Shown here one piece after another: positions 31,808-43,185 of a stretch of 64,000 bases of DNA (the first letter of the stretch is position 1; every line of letters starts with the position of its first letter). Source of the stretch: an uncultured Gemmatimonadales bacterium (GTDB lineage Bacteria; Gemmatimonadota; Gemmatimonadetes; Longimicrobiales; RSA9); the NCBI GenBank assembly GCA_963783305.1, contig CAWAMW010000006.1, positions 136,490-200,489 of the forward strand. The letters are read 5' to 3'. Position numbers and translations under genes: made by a program. The notes beneath the pieces are model-generated. The model worked only from the letters and a program-made list of their open reading frames with translations, was not told the DNA's origin and ran no database searches.

Positions 31808-32481
31808 GGGCCGCCGCCATTGTCCCGGCCGGGGGAGCCGGGACCCGGATGGGCGAGGCGGGGCGGCGCAAGCAGTACCTGGAGCTGGATGGAGAGCCCA
31901 TTCTGCTGCGGGCGCTCCGGCCACTCCTGGCCCACCCAGAGATCGAATGGGTGGTGGTGGCGCTTCCGGCGGAGCACCTGGCCGAGCCGCGATTCCCGCT
32001 CCCTCCCGGGGTGGTCGCGGTGGCGGGGGGCCGGGAGCGAGGCGATTCGGTCCGGAGCGCCCTGGCCGCCGTGCCGCCCGAAGCGGATGTGGTGGTGATC
32101 CACGATGGCGCGCGGCCCCTGTTGGACGCGGCGCTGGTGGAGCGGACGCTGAGGGCGGTCCGCCCGGGGGCCGGCGCCATCGCGGCCATCCCGGTGGCGG
32201 ACACGCTGAAGCGCATCGCGGCCGACGGATCGGTCGCGGAAACCGTAGACCGGCGGGCTCTCTGGCGGGCGCAGACCCCGCAGGCGTTCCCGCGCGAGCT
32301 CATCGTCGACGCATACCGACGCGCGGAGTTGGACGGGGTGGTGGCGACGGATGACGCGGCGCTTGTCGAGCGGTACGGTGGTCGCGTAGTGGTGGTCGAA
32401 GGGGACGAGCGTAACATCAAGATCACGCGTCCCGAGGACCTGGTGCTCGGCAAGCTGCTGCTGAGCGTCGAAAAGGACTAG
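31804..32481 (+). CDS. ispD: 2-C-methyl-D-erythritol 4-phosphate cytidylyltransferase
   Basis: PAGGAGTRM, HDGARP, QTPQAF, NIKIT. Confidence 0.93.
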   Translation: MRAAAIVPAGGAGTRMGEAGRRKQYLELDGEPILLRALRPLLAHPEIEWVVVALPAEHLAEPRFPLPPGVVAVAGGRERGDSVRSALAAVPPEADVVVIHDGARPLLDAALVERTLRAVRPGAGAIAAIPVADTLKRIAADGSVAETVDRRALWRAQTPQAFPRELIVDAYRRAELDGVVATDDAALVERYGGRVVVVEGDERNIKITRPEDLVLGKLLLSVEKD

Positions 32482-32490
32482 GATCGAGGC

Positions 32491-32958
32491 ATGAGCTACA
32501 ACCTGCTGTTCGTCTGTACCGGCAACACCTGCCGGAGCCCCATCTCGGAGGCGCTGGCCCGGCACGGCATCCGGGAGCGCGGCTGGAGCGGAGTGGAAGT
32601 GGCCTCCGCGGGAGTGGCGGCGCTGGCCGGGTCGCCCGCGTCCGCCGAGGTGCCCCGGGTCCTCGAGGAGGCGGGAGTCGAAGCGCCCTCGCACGAGGCG
32701 CAGGAGCTGACGCCCGAGCTGGTCGAGTGGGCCGACGCGGTGCTGGTGATGGGGCCGAGCCACGCCGCGACGGTGAAGGCGATGGGCGGTGAGGGGAAGG
32801 TGGCGCTGGTGACCGAGTACCTGCCCGGCGAGGGCGCCGGCCGGCCGGTGATGGACCCGATCGGTGGTGGCATGGCCCTCTACCGTGATACCAGGGACCA
32901 GCTCAAGGCGGCCGTCGACGCCTTCCTCGACCGGATCCAGCCCATCGTCGCACCCTGA
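32491..32958 (+). CDS. low-molecular-weight protein tyrosine/arginine phosphatase
   Basis: VCTGNTCRSP P-loop, DPIGG. Confidence 0.9.
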   Translation: MSYNLLFVCTGNTCRSPISEALARHGIRERGWSGVEVASAGVAALAGSPASAEVPRVLEEAGVEAPSHEAQELTPELVEWADAVLVMGPSHAATVKAMGGEGKVALVTEYLPGEGAGRPVMDPIGGGMALYRDTRDQLKAAVDAFLDRIQPIVAP

Positions 32959-32969
32959 GCGCGCCGGTC

Positions 32970-33794
32970 ATGGATCCTGGCGCGGACACCCGCGTGATCG
33001 CGCTCCTGGGCGATCCTGTGGACCATTCCTTATCGCCCCGGTTCCAGAACGTCGCCATCCGGGAAGCCGGGATCGACGCCGTCTACGTCGCCTTACGCTG
33101 CGCCGCCACCTTCGACGGACTTCTGCTCGGGATCGCACGAGCGGGGGGAGCGGGGAACATCACGATCCCCCACAAGACACGGGCACCGTCGCTGCTGGAC
33201 GTGGCGACCCCCTCGGTGGAGAAGACGGGGGCGTGCAACACGTTCTGGCTCGAGGACGGCCGGATCCACGGCGACAACACCGACGTGGATGGCTTCGAGG
33301 GTGCCGTGCGGTCGCTGATTGGAGCGCCCACCGGTGCGCGGGCCCTCGTACTCGGTGCGGGTGGGGCGGCGCGGGCGGCGGTGATGGCGCTGCTGCGCGG
33401 ACGCGCCGACGCGGTTCACGTGCTCAACCGAACGCCGGACCGGGCGCGCTCACTGCAGGAAGCGCTGGACCCCGCTGGCCGCCGCGTGGCTGTCGTCGAG
33501 TCGCCGCGGGCGGTGCGGAGGGAAGGGTATGACCTCGTGGTGAACGCGACCCCGCTGGGGCTCAAGCCAGATGACCCGGCACCGCTCGACGTGACGTCGC
33601 CCGTGCGCGTAGGGGCCGTGCTGGACATGACATACGGGGTCAGGCCGTCAGTGCTCCTGGCCAGCGCTCTCGCCGCAGAGATCCCGGCGGTCGATGGTCG
33701 CGAGATGCTCCTCCAACAGGGTGCCGCGAGCTTCCGCCGCTGGTTCGCCCGCGAGCCGGACCTCGAGCGGATGCGCGCCGCCCTGGCCGACTGA
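32970..33794 (+). CDS. aroE: shikimate dehydrogenase
   Basis: HSLSP, NITIPHK, NTDVDG, GAGGAARA, NATPLG. Confidence 0.92.
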   Translation: MDPGADTRVIALLGDPVDHSLSPRFQNVAIREAGIDAVYVALRCAATFDGLLLGIARAGGAGNITIPHKTRAPSLLDVATPSVEKTGACNTFWLEDGRIHGDNTDVDGFEGAVRSLIGAPTGARALVLGAGGAARAAVMALLRGRADAVHVLNRTPDRARSLQEALDPAGRRVAVVESPRAVRREGYDLVVNATPLGLKPDDPAPLDVTSPVRVGAVLDMTYGVRPSVLLASALAAEIPAVDGREMLLQQGAASFRRWFAREPDLERMRAALAD

Positions 33795-33844
33795 TTGTCC
33801 CGGACCGCCATGGCGCCGCCCCGCATGAGGGGCGTTCCTGAAGC

Positions 33845-35642
<1,798 letters not shown>

Positions 35643-35699
35643 TTGGGACGCAGAGTCTTATGGTGGTTCATATAAACCATAGTGCGAAACCCGAAAGTA

Positions 35700-35728
35700 T
35701 TGACGGTGTCGACGGGTGGCATTAGGCT
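35700..35728 (+). promoter_or_regulatory. putative sigma70 promoter upstream of zinc-ribbon gene/pgk
   Basis: TTGACG-17nt-TAGGCT in an AT-enriched stretch. Confidence 0.55.
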
Positions 35729-35859
35729 GGAGGGGTTCGGGGGATCATCGGGCGGCGCCGCATGGGTGCCCCGCCGGTCACCCGTGGTACGGGCGGCGGT
35801 CTGGCACGTATCTGGCGCGTTCGTGTGGAGTGATCCGGCACCCCGGGCGGGAGGAGCGC

Positions 35860-36060
35860 ATGGCGGAAGCGAAAGAGATGCGAAGCGGGACGTACCGGTG
35901 TCCGGTCTGCGGCCATCGGGACTCGGCCGAGTTGGAGAGCGGTCAGGAATCGATCGTGATACCGTGCAGCTACTGCAACACTTCCCTGGAAGTGTCGTCG
36001 CGGGGTGCGGACTCGATCCGTTTCAGTGTGCAGGTATCGGAGCAGCCGGCGAGGCGCTGA
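35860..36060 (+). CDS. small zinc-ribbon protein (66 aa)
   Basis: GGAGGAG RBS; CPVC...CSYC. Confidence 0.7.
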   Translation: MAEAKEMRSGTYRCPVCGHRDSAELESGQESIVIPCSYCNTSLEVSSRGADSIRFSVQVSEQPARR

Positions 36061-36187
36061 GCGAGTCGGTGGTCGAATTGCAGGACATGGGAGGTCACGG
36101 CCGGGTAGCCGTGACCTTTCCGTGTTTTTCGGGGGGCGCGCCTGGCCTCCCTGCCGAGGGGCGAGCCGAACCGTAACGAGGATGGGA

Positions 36188-37408
36188 ATGAAGAAGCGAA
36201 CGATACGGGACCTGACACCGACGCAGCTGGACGGTGCGCGGGTACTGATGCGAGTGGACTACAACGTCCCGCTGTCGGATGGCGTGGTGGGGGAGGACGC
36301 GCGAATCCGCGCGACGCTGCCGACGCTGCGATACCTGCTGGAGCGAAACGCCGGGGTGGTACTGCTGTCGCACCTGGGACGGCCGAAAGGGAAATGGTCG
36401 GACGCGCTGTCGCTGGCGCCCGTGGCGGAGCGGCTGGGCGAGCTGCTGCAGGTCCCTGTGCGGTTTGTCTCCGACCTGGTGGGGAGCGAAGCGCGGGATG
36501 CGGTGGCGGCGTTGAAGGGCGGGGAAGTCGTGGTGCTGGAGAACACGCGGTTCCTGCCGGGGGAGGAGACGAACGATCCGAAGCTGGCGGAGCAGTTGGC
36601 CGGACTCGGCACGGTATACGTGAACGATGCGTTCGGCACGGCGCATCGGGCGCATGCTTCCACGGTGGGGGCGGCCGAGCACATGCGGCATGAGGGCCGG
36701 CCGGTGGTGGCGGGGCTGCTGATGGAGGCGGAACTCAGGTTCCTGGGAGGCGCGCTGGAGTCGCCGGAGCCGCCCTTCGTCGCGATCCTCGGCGGTGCGA
36801 AGATCTCCGGGAAGATCGATGTGATCCACAGCCTGCTTTCGCGCGTGGACCGGCTGCTGATCGGCGGCGCAATGGCGAATACGTTCTTTCGGGCGATGGG
36901 TCTGGGCACGGGCGATTCACTGGTGGAAGAGGAGCGGGTGGAGATGGCCCGTGAGCTGTTGAGCGAGGCCGGGGACAAGCTGAGGCTTCCTGTGGACTGC
37001 GTCATCGCCGAGGAAGCGACGGAGGACGCGCCCACACGCTCCGTGGACCGTGATGCGGTGCCCGCGGGCTGGAAGATCCTGGACATCGGGCCGCGCTCGG
37101 TCAACCTCTTCCGGACGGAGCTGGAGCGGGCGCGGACGGTAGTGTGGAACGGTCCCATGGGACTGTTCGAGATCTCCTCGTTCGCTGGCGGGACCGCGGG
37201 TGTGGCGCGGGCGGTGGCGGACATCACCCGGGCGGGCGCCACGACCATCATCGGCGGCGGGGACACGGCCGCGGCGGTGACCGAGGCGGGTCTCGCCGAG
37301 CGCATGACGCACGTCTCGACGGGCGGTGGGGCGTCGCTCGAGTTCCTGGAAGGGCGGACGCTCCCGGGCGTGGCCGTCCTCGATGACAAGGAGGTACAGC
37401 GTGGCTGA
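36188..37408 (+). CDS. pgk: phosphoglycerate kinase
   Basis: RVDYNVP, SHLGRP, NDAFGTAHR, GGAKISGK, STGGGASLEF. Confidence 0.96.
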   Translation: MKKRTIRDLTPTQLDGARVLMRVDYNVPLSDGVVGEDARIRATLPTLRYLLERNAGVVLLSHLGRPKGKWSDALSLAPVAERLGELLQVPVRFVSDLVGSEARDAVAALKGGEVVVLENTRFLPGEETNDPKLAEQLAGLGTVYVNDAFGTAHRAHASTVGAAEHMRHEGRPVVAGLLMEAELRFLGGALESPEPPFVAILGGAKISGKIDVIHSLLSRVDRLLIGGAMANTFFRAMGLGTGDSLVEEERVEMARELLSEAGDKLRLPVDCVIAEEATEDAPTRSVDRDAVPAGWKILDIGPRSVNLFRTELERARTVVWNGPMGLFEISSFAGGTAGVARAVADITRAGATTIIGGGDTAAAVTEAGLAERMTHVSTGGGASLEFLEGRTLPGVAVLDDKEVQRG

Positions 37409-38159
37409 GCAGACCCGAACCCCGGTGATCGCGGGGAACTGGAAGATGCACAAGGGCCCGGAATCGGCCCGGAAGTTCTGTCGAGAGTTCGCCCAGGTCG
37501 CACCTCCCGCGGACGACCGTACGGTGCTCATCTTTCCGCCGGCCCTCTCTGTGACCGCGGTGCGCGACGCGCTGTCCCAGCACAACATCGGCGTGGGCGT
37601 CCAGGACATCTACTGGGAGAGAGAGGGCGCCTTCACCGGCCAGGTGAGCGCTCCCATGGCCCGCGAGGCGGGGGCCACGCACGCACTGGTCGGCCACTCC
37701 GAGCGGCGCCACGTGTTCGGCGAGACCGACGAGGAAACCGGCCGGAAGGTGGCCGCGGCGCTGGCCGCCGGCCTGGTTCCGGTCCTCTGCGTGGGGGAGA
37801 CCCTGGAGGAGCGGAAGGCGGGGCGGCTCGAAGAGGTGATTCTCCGGCAGTTAGAAGCGGGCATCGAGGGCGTCGATGACGGTGACCTCGCCCGCATGCT
37901 CCTCGCCTACGAGCCCGTGTGGGCCATCGGCACGGGCGAGACCGCGACGCCCGAGGACGCGGCCGATGCGCACGGCCGCCTCAGGGCCCGGCTCCAGGAT
38001 CGGCTGGGCGATCGCGCACACGGCATCCCCATCCTCTACGGCGGCTCCGTCAAGCCGAGCAATGCCCGGGAGCTGCTGGCGGCCTCGGACGTGGGTGGTG
38101 TTTTGGTGGGCGGCGCGAGCCTCGATCCACGGGACTTCGCAAAGATCGCGGCGGCGTAG
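37401..38159 (+). CDS. tpiA: triosephosphate isomerase
   Basis: AGNWKMH, GHSERR, AYEPVWAIGTG, YGGSV, LVGGAS. Confidence 0.96.
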   Translation: MAEQTRTPVIAGNWKMHKGPESARKFCREFAQVAPPADDRTVLIFPPALSVTAVRDALSQHNIGVGVQDIYWEREGAFTGQVSAPMAREAGATHALVGHSERRHVFGETDEETGRKVAAALAAGLVPVLCVGETLEERKAGRLEEVILRQLEAGIEGVDDGDLARMLLAYEPVWAIGTGETATPEDAADAHGRLRARLQDRLGDRAHGIPILYGGSVKPSNARELLAASDVGGVLVGGASLDPRDFAKIAAA

Positions 38160-38306
38160 CGGGCCGGCGTAGCGGGCGGACGGAACGTGTTCCGGGGCGC
38201 GTAGCGGTCGGTGGGAGCCGCGCTGCGGGGACGGCATTGACAGCGCCCGAGCGACGGGCGACCTTACCAAGCTGTATCTTCACCCAAATCCAAGACGAGT
38301 GACGCG

Positions 38307-38711
38307 GTGTTCGGACTACTTCTAACGCTCCTGATCCTCGACGGCATTCTGCTGGTGGTCGTCGTCCTTCTCCAGTCCGGTAAGGGCGGCGGTCTGGCCG
38401 CTATGGGCGGTGGCGGCGGCGCCGGCACGGAGTCGTTCATGGGTGGACGTCAGGCCACGACGGTTCTGACCAAGTCCACCTGGGTTACCGGCGGGGTGTT
38501 CCTGGCCCTGGCGCTGGTGCTGTCCATCATGTCCTCGCGGCGGACGGATAGCGCGCCCCTGCTCCAGGACGAGTTCCGGACGCAGCCAGTGGCGCCGCAG
38601 CCGATCCTCCCGGGTGGGGACGCCCCGGCGGGTGAGGGCGAGGTGGTGCCCGGTGTCGGCGGAGGCGATGGCGCCGCCCCGGAGGGCGGCGACGATACGA
38701 ACGGCCAGTAA
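38307..38711 (+). CDS. secG: preprotein translocase subunit SecG
   Basis: VLLQSGKGGGL, two TM segments; follows tpiA. Confidence 0.9.
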   Translation: MFGLLLTLLILDGILLVVVVLLQSGKGGGLAAMGGGGGAGTESFMGGRQATTVLTKSTWVTGGVFLALALVLSIMSSRRTDSAPLLQDEFRTQPVAPQPILPGGDAPAGEGEVVPGVGGGDGAAPEGGDDTNGQ

Positions 38712-38722
38712 GGGCCGGGCCG

Positions 38723-39787
38723 ATGGGGCGTTCGAAGGCGGGGTCGGCGAAAAAGCCGGCGCTGGAGCGGGAGTCGCTGCACGAGATCTACTACTGGCTC
38801 CAGCTGACGCGTGAAGTGGAGCAGGTTCTCACGAACCTGTACAGGCAGAACAAGGTGATCGGCGGTCTCTATCGTTCGCTCGGGCAGGAGGCGGGCGCGG
38901 TGGGGACCGCTTATGCGTTGCGGCGTCGATCGGACGGGACGGGCGACGTGATCTCGCCGGCGATCCGGGATCTGGGTGCCATGCTCATGATGGGCGCCGA
39001 CGCGGCGGACGTCATGCGCCAGTACATGGCGAAGGCGGATGGTCCCACGGGTGGAAGGGAGACCAATGTTCACTTCTCGGACTACGAGAAGGGGTACGTC
39101 GGTCTCATATCGCACCTGGGCGTCATGGTAGAGATCATGACGGGCGTGGCGCTCACCTTCAAGCTGCGCGACGAGGACCGGGTGGCGCTGGTGTATTCCG
39201 GGGATGGAATGACCTCCACGGGCGCCTTCCACGAAGGCCTGAACATGGCGGCGGTGCAGAAGCTCCCGCTGGTGGTCGTGGTGGAGAACAACGGCTACGC
39301 GTATTCGACTCCTACCGCCCGGCAGACGGCGGTGGAGTCGTTCGTGGAGAAGGCGGGCGGGTATGGTATCCGAGGCGAGCGGGCGGACGGGAACGACGTG
39401 TTGGCGGTCTACGAGGCCGCGGCGCGTGCTGTGGCCCATGCCCGGGGGGGAGGCGGCCCCACCCTGCTGGAGCTGGTGACCTACCGTCGCAAGGGACACG
39501 CGGAGCACGACGCCCAGAAGTACGTACCGGAGGGCGAGATCGAGGCGTGGGAAGCGAAGGACCCGGTTGCGGCGTTCGAGCGCCGCTTGCTGGGGGAAGA
39601 ACACGCCACGGAAGAGGAGCTTGCGGCGATCCGGGACCGGGTACACGCGGAGGTGGAGGCGGCGCGGGAATCGGCTCTGGCGTCCGAGATGCCGGAGCCG
39701 GAGGCGGCGATCGATGATGTCTACGCGGGGGACCCTGGCTGGATCCCATGGACCCGACGCGCCCCTCAAGACCCCCACGAGGCCTAG
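38723..39787 (+). CDS. 2-oxoacid (pyruvate/branched-chain) dehydrogenase E1 alpha
   Basis: GQEA, GDG...N TPP motif, TYRRKGH. Confidence 0.88.
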   Translation: MGRSKAGSAKKPALERESLHEIYYWLQLTREVEQVLTNLYRQNKVIGGLYRSLGQEAGAVGTAYALRRRSDGTGDVISPAIRDLGAMLMMGADAADVMRQYMAKADGPTGGRETNVHFSDYEKGYVGLISHLGVMVEIMTGVALTFKLRDEDRVALVYSGDGMTSTGAFHEGLNMAAVQKLPLVVVVENNGYAYSTPTARQTAVESFVEKAGGYGIRGERADGNDVLAVYEAAARAVAHARGGGGPTLLELVTYRRKGHAEHDAQKYVPEGEIEAWEAKDPVAAFERRLLGEEHATEEELAAIRDRVHAEVEAARESALASEMPEPEAAIDDVYAGDPGWIPWTRRAPQDPHEA

Positions 39788-39788
39788 G

Positions 39789-40817
39789 ATGGCGAAGACG
39801 CGGGAGACACCGGAGCACGTCGGTCAGACGGAGCGGCGCGAGCCGGTGACGATGCTGGAAGCGATCCGGGAGGCGCTCTGGGAGGAAATGGAGCGGGACC
39901 CCGACGTCTTCATCATGGGCGAGGACATCGGCGTGTACGGTGGCGCGTTCAAGGTGACGGACGGCTTCCTCGAGCATTACGGGGACAAGCGCGTGGTGGA
40001 CACCCCCATCAGCGAGGCTGGCTTCACCGGCGCCGCCGCCGGGGCCGCTCATATGGGGCTGCGACCGGTCGTGGAGATGCAGTTCATGGACTTCGTGAGC
40101 TGCGCGTACGAGCCGCTGACCAACTACATCGCGACGTCCCGTTGGCGGAAGGCCGGGGCGCTTCCGATGGTGATCCGCGGCCCCGTGGGCGGCGGTGTGC
40201 GCGGCGGACCCTTCCACTCGCAGAACCCGGAGATGGCGTTCTTCCACACGCCCGGGCTGAAGATCGTCTATCCGTGCACGGCGCGGGATGCGAAGGGGCT
40301 GCTGAAAGCGGCGATCCGCGACGAGGATCCGGTGCTCTTCTTCGAGCACAAGAAGCTGTATCGGGCCCCATTCCTGCGGGAGGTTCTGCCCGACGAGGAT
40401 TACGTGGTCGATCTGGGTCAGGCGCGGGTCCACCGTGAGGGCCGCGATCTGACGATCGTCACCTACGGCAACATGGTGCACGAGAGCCAGAAGGCGGCCG
40501 AGCAGCTCGCGGCGGAAGGGGTGGACGTGGAGATCCTGGATCTTCGCACCCTGATGCCGCTGGATGAGGCCGCGATCCTCGAGAGCGTGAAGAAGACGAA
40601 CCGCCTGCTGGTGGTGCACGAGGACACGCGCACCGGCGGGATCGCGGGAGAGATTGCCATGCGCGTGAGCGAGAAGGCGTTCGAGTGGCTGGATGCGCCC
40701 ATGCTGCGCGTGACGGCACTGGACACGCCGGTGCCGTACTCGCCGCCCCTCGAGGACTACTTCCTGCCGCAGGTGGATGATATCCTGACGGCGGCGCGCT
40801 ACCTTGTAGGCTACTGA
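39789..40817 (+). CDS. 2-oxoacid dehydrogenase E1 beta
   Basis: GEDIG, DTPISE, EMQFMDF, FHSQ, DLRTLMPLD. Confidence 0.92.
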   Translation: MAKTRETPEHVGQTERREPVTMLEAIREALWEEMERDPDVFIMGEDIGVYGGAFKVTDGFLEHYGDKRVVDTPISEAGFTGAAAGAAHMGLRPVVEMQFMDFVSCAYEPLTNYIATSRWRKAGALPMVIRGPVGGGVRGGPFHSQNPEMAFFHTPGLKIVYPCTARDAKGLLKAAIRDEDPVLFFEHKKLYRAPFLREVLPDEDYVVDLGQARVHREGRDLTIVTYGNMVHESQKAAEQLAAEGVDVEILDLRTLMPLDEAAILESVKKTNRLLVVHEDTRTGGIAGEIAMRVSEKAFEWLDAPMLRVTALDTPVPYSPPLEDYFLPQVDDILTAARYLVGY

Positions 40818-40883
40818 AGCGCAGCCGGATCCCGCGAGCGGAACCGAAGCCCGAACCGTTACCCGAAACCCGACGCCCGACAC

Positions 40884-42311
40884 ATGCCGAAGATCGAAGT
40901 CCCAATGCCGCAGATGGGGGAGTCCATCGCCGAGGGGACCGTTTCGCAGTGGCTGAAGCAGCCTGGCGACACGGTCGAGCGCGATGAGCCGATCCTCGAA
41001 ATCTCCACGGACAAGGTGGACGCCGAGATCCCGGCCCCCGCGGCCGGCACCCTGGTGGACATCCAGGTGCAGGAGGGCGAGACCGTGGAGGTGGGGACGG
41101 TCGTAGCGTTCATCGACACGGACGGCGGTGGAGGCGGTGGCGGGGCCGCGAAGTCGAAGTCGAAGGCGGAGCCGAAGGGCGAAGCGGGCGGCGAGCAGGA
41201 GGCGGCGCCGGCGCCGGAGACGGGCCCGGACGCCGCGGGCGAGGCGGAGACGAGCGAAGAGACGGCGGGTGGAGCGGAGGAGAAGGCCGCGGCGCCGGCA
41301 GGGGGCGCCGAGACGGCCGATGAGCGGCTGCGTCGTCGCTCGACCCCGGTGGTCCGCAGGATCGCCGAGGAGCACGATGTCGACCTGGCGCAGGTGGAGG
41401 GTTCCGGCCGGGCCGGTCGCGTGACGAAGCAGGATATCATGGCCTTCATCGAGGGCGGGGGGGCTACCGAGGCGAAGGAGGCGGCCCGGCCCGCGCAGCC
41501 CGCACAGAAGCCTTCGCGGGAGAAGGCGCCGGCGGGCGGCACGATGGGCACGGGCGAGCTGTGGAGCCAGTTCTATGGCGAAGTGCAGCACCCGGAGTGG
41601 CCGGTCCGGGAGGGCGACCGGGTGGAGAAGATGGACCGGATCCGGAAGCTCACCGCCGACCACATGGTCCTGGCGAAGCGCGTGGCTCCGCACGTCCACT
41701 CGTTCATCGAGATCGACTTCACCCGGATCGACCGGATCCGGCGCGCCAACAAGAAGAAGTGGGCGGAGCAGGGGAACAAGGTCAGCTACACCGCGTTCGT
41801 GGCGTGGGGCGTGGCCAAGGCGCTTCAGGAGTTCCCCATGGTGAACGGCACGGTATCGGGCGAGAGCCTGATCTTCCGTGGCCACATCAACCTGGGGATC
41901 GCGGTGGACCTGAACCCCGGTCTCATTGTCCCGGTGATCCGCGATGCCGACGACCTCACTCTCGTGGGCCTCTCGAAGCGCGTCATCGACCTCGCCGGCC
42001 GGGCGCGGGATCGGAAGCTCAAGCCCGACGAGATTCAGGGCGCGACGTTCTCCATCACGAACCCGGGCATCTTCGGCACCTACGTGGGGCTGCCGATCAT
42101 CCCGGAGGGAACCGCCGCGATCCTCGGGCTCGGCAGCATCGAGAAGCGTCCGGTCGTCATGGAGGTCGACGGAGCCGACACGATCGCTATCCGGCTCATG
42201 AGCATGTTCTCGATCGGCTACGACCACCGGATCGTCGATGGTGCCGACGCGGCTCGTTTCCTGGCACGGCTCAAGGAGATCCTGGAGACCTTCCCGGAGG
42301 AAGCGGCGTAG
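40884..42311 (+). CDS. dihydrolipoamide acyltransferase E2
   Basis: Lipoyl TDKV, E3-binding GSGRAGRVTK, DHRIVDG. Confidence 0.93.
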   Translation: MPKIEVPMPQMGESIAEGTVSQWLKQPGDTVERDEPILEISTDKVDAEIPAPAAGTLVDIQVQEGETVEVGTVVAFIDTDGGGGGGGAAKSKSKAEPKGEAGGEQEAAPAPETGPDAAGEAETSEETAGGAEEKAAAPAGGAETADERLRRRSTPVVRRIAEEHDVDLAQVEGSGRAGRVTKQDIMAFIEGGGATEAKEAARPAQPAQKPSREKAPAGGTMGTGELWSQFYGEVQHPEWPVREGDRVEKMDRIRKLTADHMVLAKRVAPHVHSFIEIDFTRIDRIRRANKKKWAEQGNKVSYTAFVAWGVAKALQEFPMVNGTVSGESLIFRGHINLGIAVDLNPGLIVPVIRDADDLTLVGLSKRVIDLAGRARDRKLKPDEIQGATFSITNPGIFGTYVGLPIIPEGTAAILGLGSIEKRPVVMEVDGADTIAIRLMSMFSIGYDHRIVDGADAARFLARLKEILETFPEEAA

Positions 42312-42324
42312 GCCAGGGCTCGGG

Positions 42325-42435
42325 CCTTCGGCCCTCGCGGAGGGGCGCCTGGCGGCGCCGGAGGCGCTCGACCTTCGTCTCGCGGAGGGGCGTCTGGCGG
42401 CGCCGGGGCGCTCGACCTTCGGTCTCGCGGGGGGA
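42325..42435. repeat. ~45-bp GC-rich tandem repeat, ~2.5 copies (REP-like)
   Basis: CTTCG..CTCGCGGAGGGGCGYCTGGCGGCGCCGG.GGCGCTCGAC repeated. Confidence 0.75.
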
Positions 42436-42439
42436 CGAC

Positions 42440-43129
42440 ATGGTGGACGGCAGGGAAAGCTACGAGGTCGAGGGGCGGACGCTGGAGGTCCGTCGGCTCG
42501 GCCTCGTGCCGTACGGGGAGGCGCTGGAGCTTCAGGCGCGGCTGGTGGAGGAGCGGCGGGCGGGGGCGACGGGCGACCTGCTGCTGCTGCTGGAACACCC
42601 TCACGTGATCACCCTCGGCAGCTCGTCACACGAGAGCCACGTGCTGCTGGACGCGGCGGAGCGTCGGCTCATGGGTATCGAGCTGTACGAGACCGGCCGC
42701 GGCGGTGACGTCACGTACCATGGGCCGGGGCAGCTCGTGGGCTATCCCATTCTGGATCTCAAGCCGAATCGAAAGGACCTCCACCGGTACGTGCGGGACC
42801 TGGAGGAGGCGCTGATCCGGATGCTCTCGACGTACGACATTGTGGGGGCGCGGAAACCGGGGATGACGGGGGCGTGGGTGGGTGATGAGAAAGTGGCCGC
42901 CATCGGGGTGAGGGTCTCGAGCGGCTGGATCACGTCCCACGGATTCGCCCTGAATGTCAGCTCCCGCCTCGACTATTTCGACGCCATCATCCCGTGCGGG
43001 ATCCGGGAGTACGGCGTGACGTCGATGTCCCGGCTTCTGGGCCACGATCTGCCGATGGCGGAGGTCGAGGAGCGTATGGTGGCGTCATTCCGGGACGTGT
43101 TCGGCGTCGAGGTCTCCAACCGTCGGTAG
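42440..43129 (+). CDS. lipB: lipoyl(octanoyl) transferase
   Basis: LLEHPHVITLG, RGGDVTYHGPGQLVGYPI, KVAAIG, HGFALN, PCGI. Confidence 0.95.
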   Translation: MVDGRESYEVEGRTLEVRRLGLVPYGEALELQARLVEERRAGATGDLLLLLEHPHVITLGSSSHESHVLLDAAERRLMGIELYETGRGGDVTYHGPGQLVGYPILDLKPNRKDLHRYVRDLEEALIRMLSTYDIVGARKPGMTGAWVGDEKVAAIGVRVSSGWITSHGFALNVSSRLDYFDAIIPCGIREYGVTSMSRLLGHDLPMAEVEERMVASFRDVFGVEVSNRR

Positions 43130-43185
43130 GTCGCTAACGAAAACCCGCGGCCGTGCGTCTTGATTCGAGGCAGCGGAAGCAATCC

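Noticed and set aside
39312..42227. Very long antisense ORFs (971 aa here; also 18987-21386, 7211-9298, 57955-59931)
   Set aside because: Shadow frames opposite well-supported genes, expected in high-GC DNA; no motifs.
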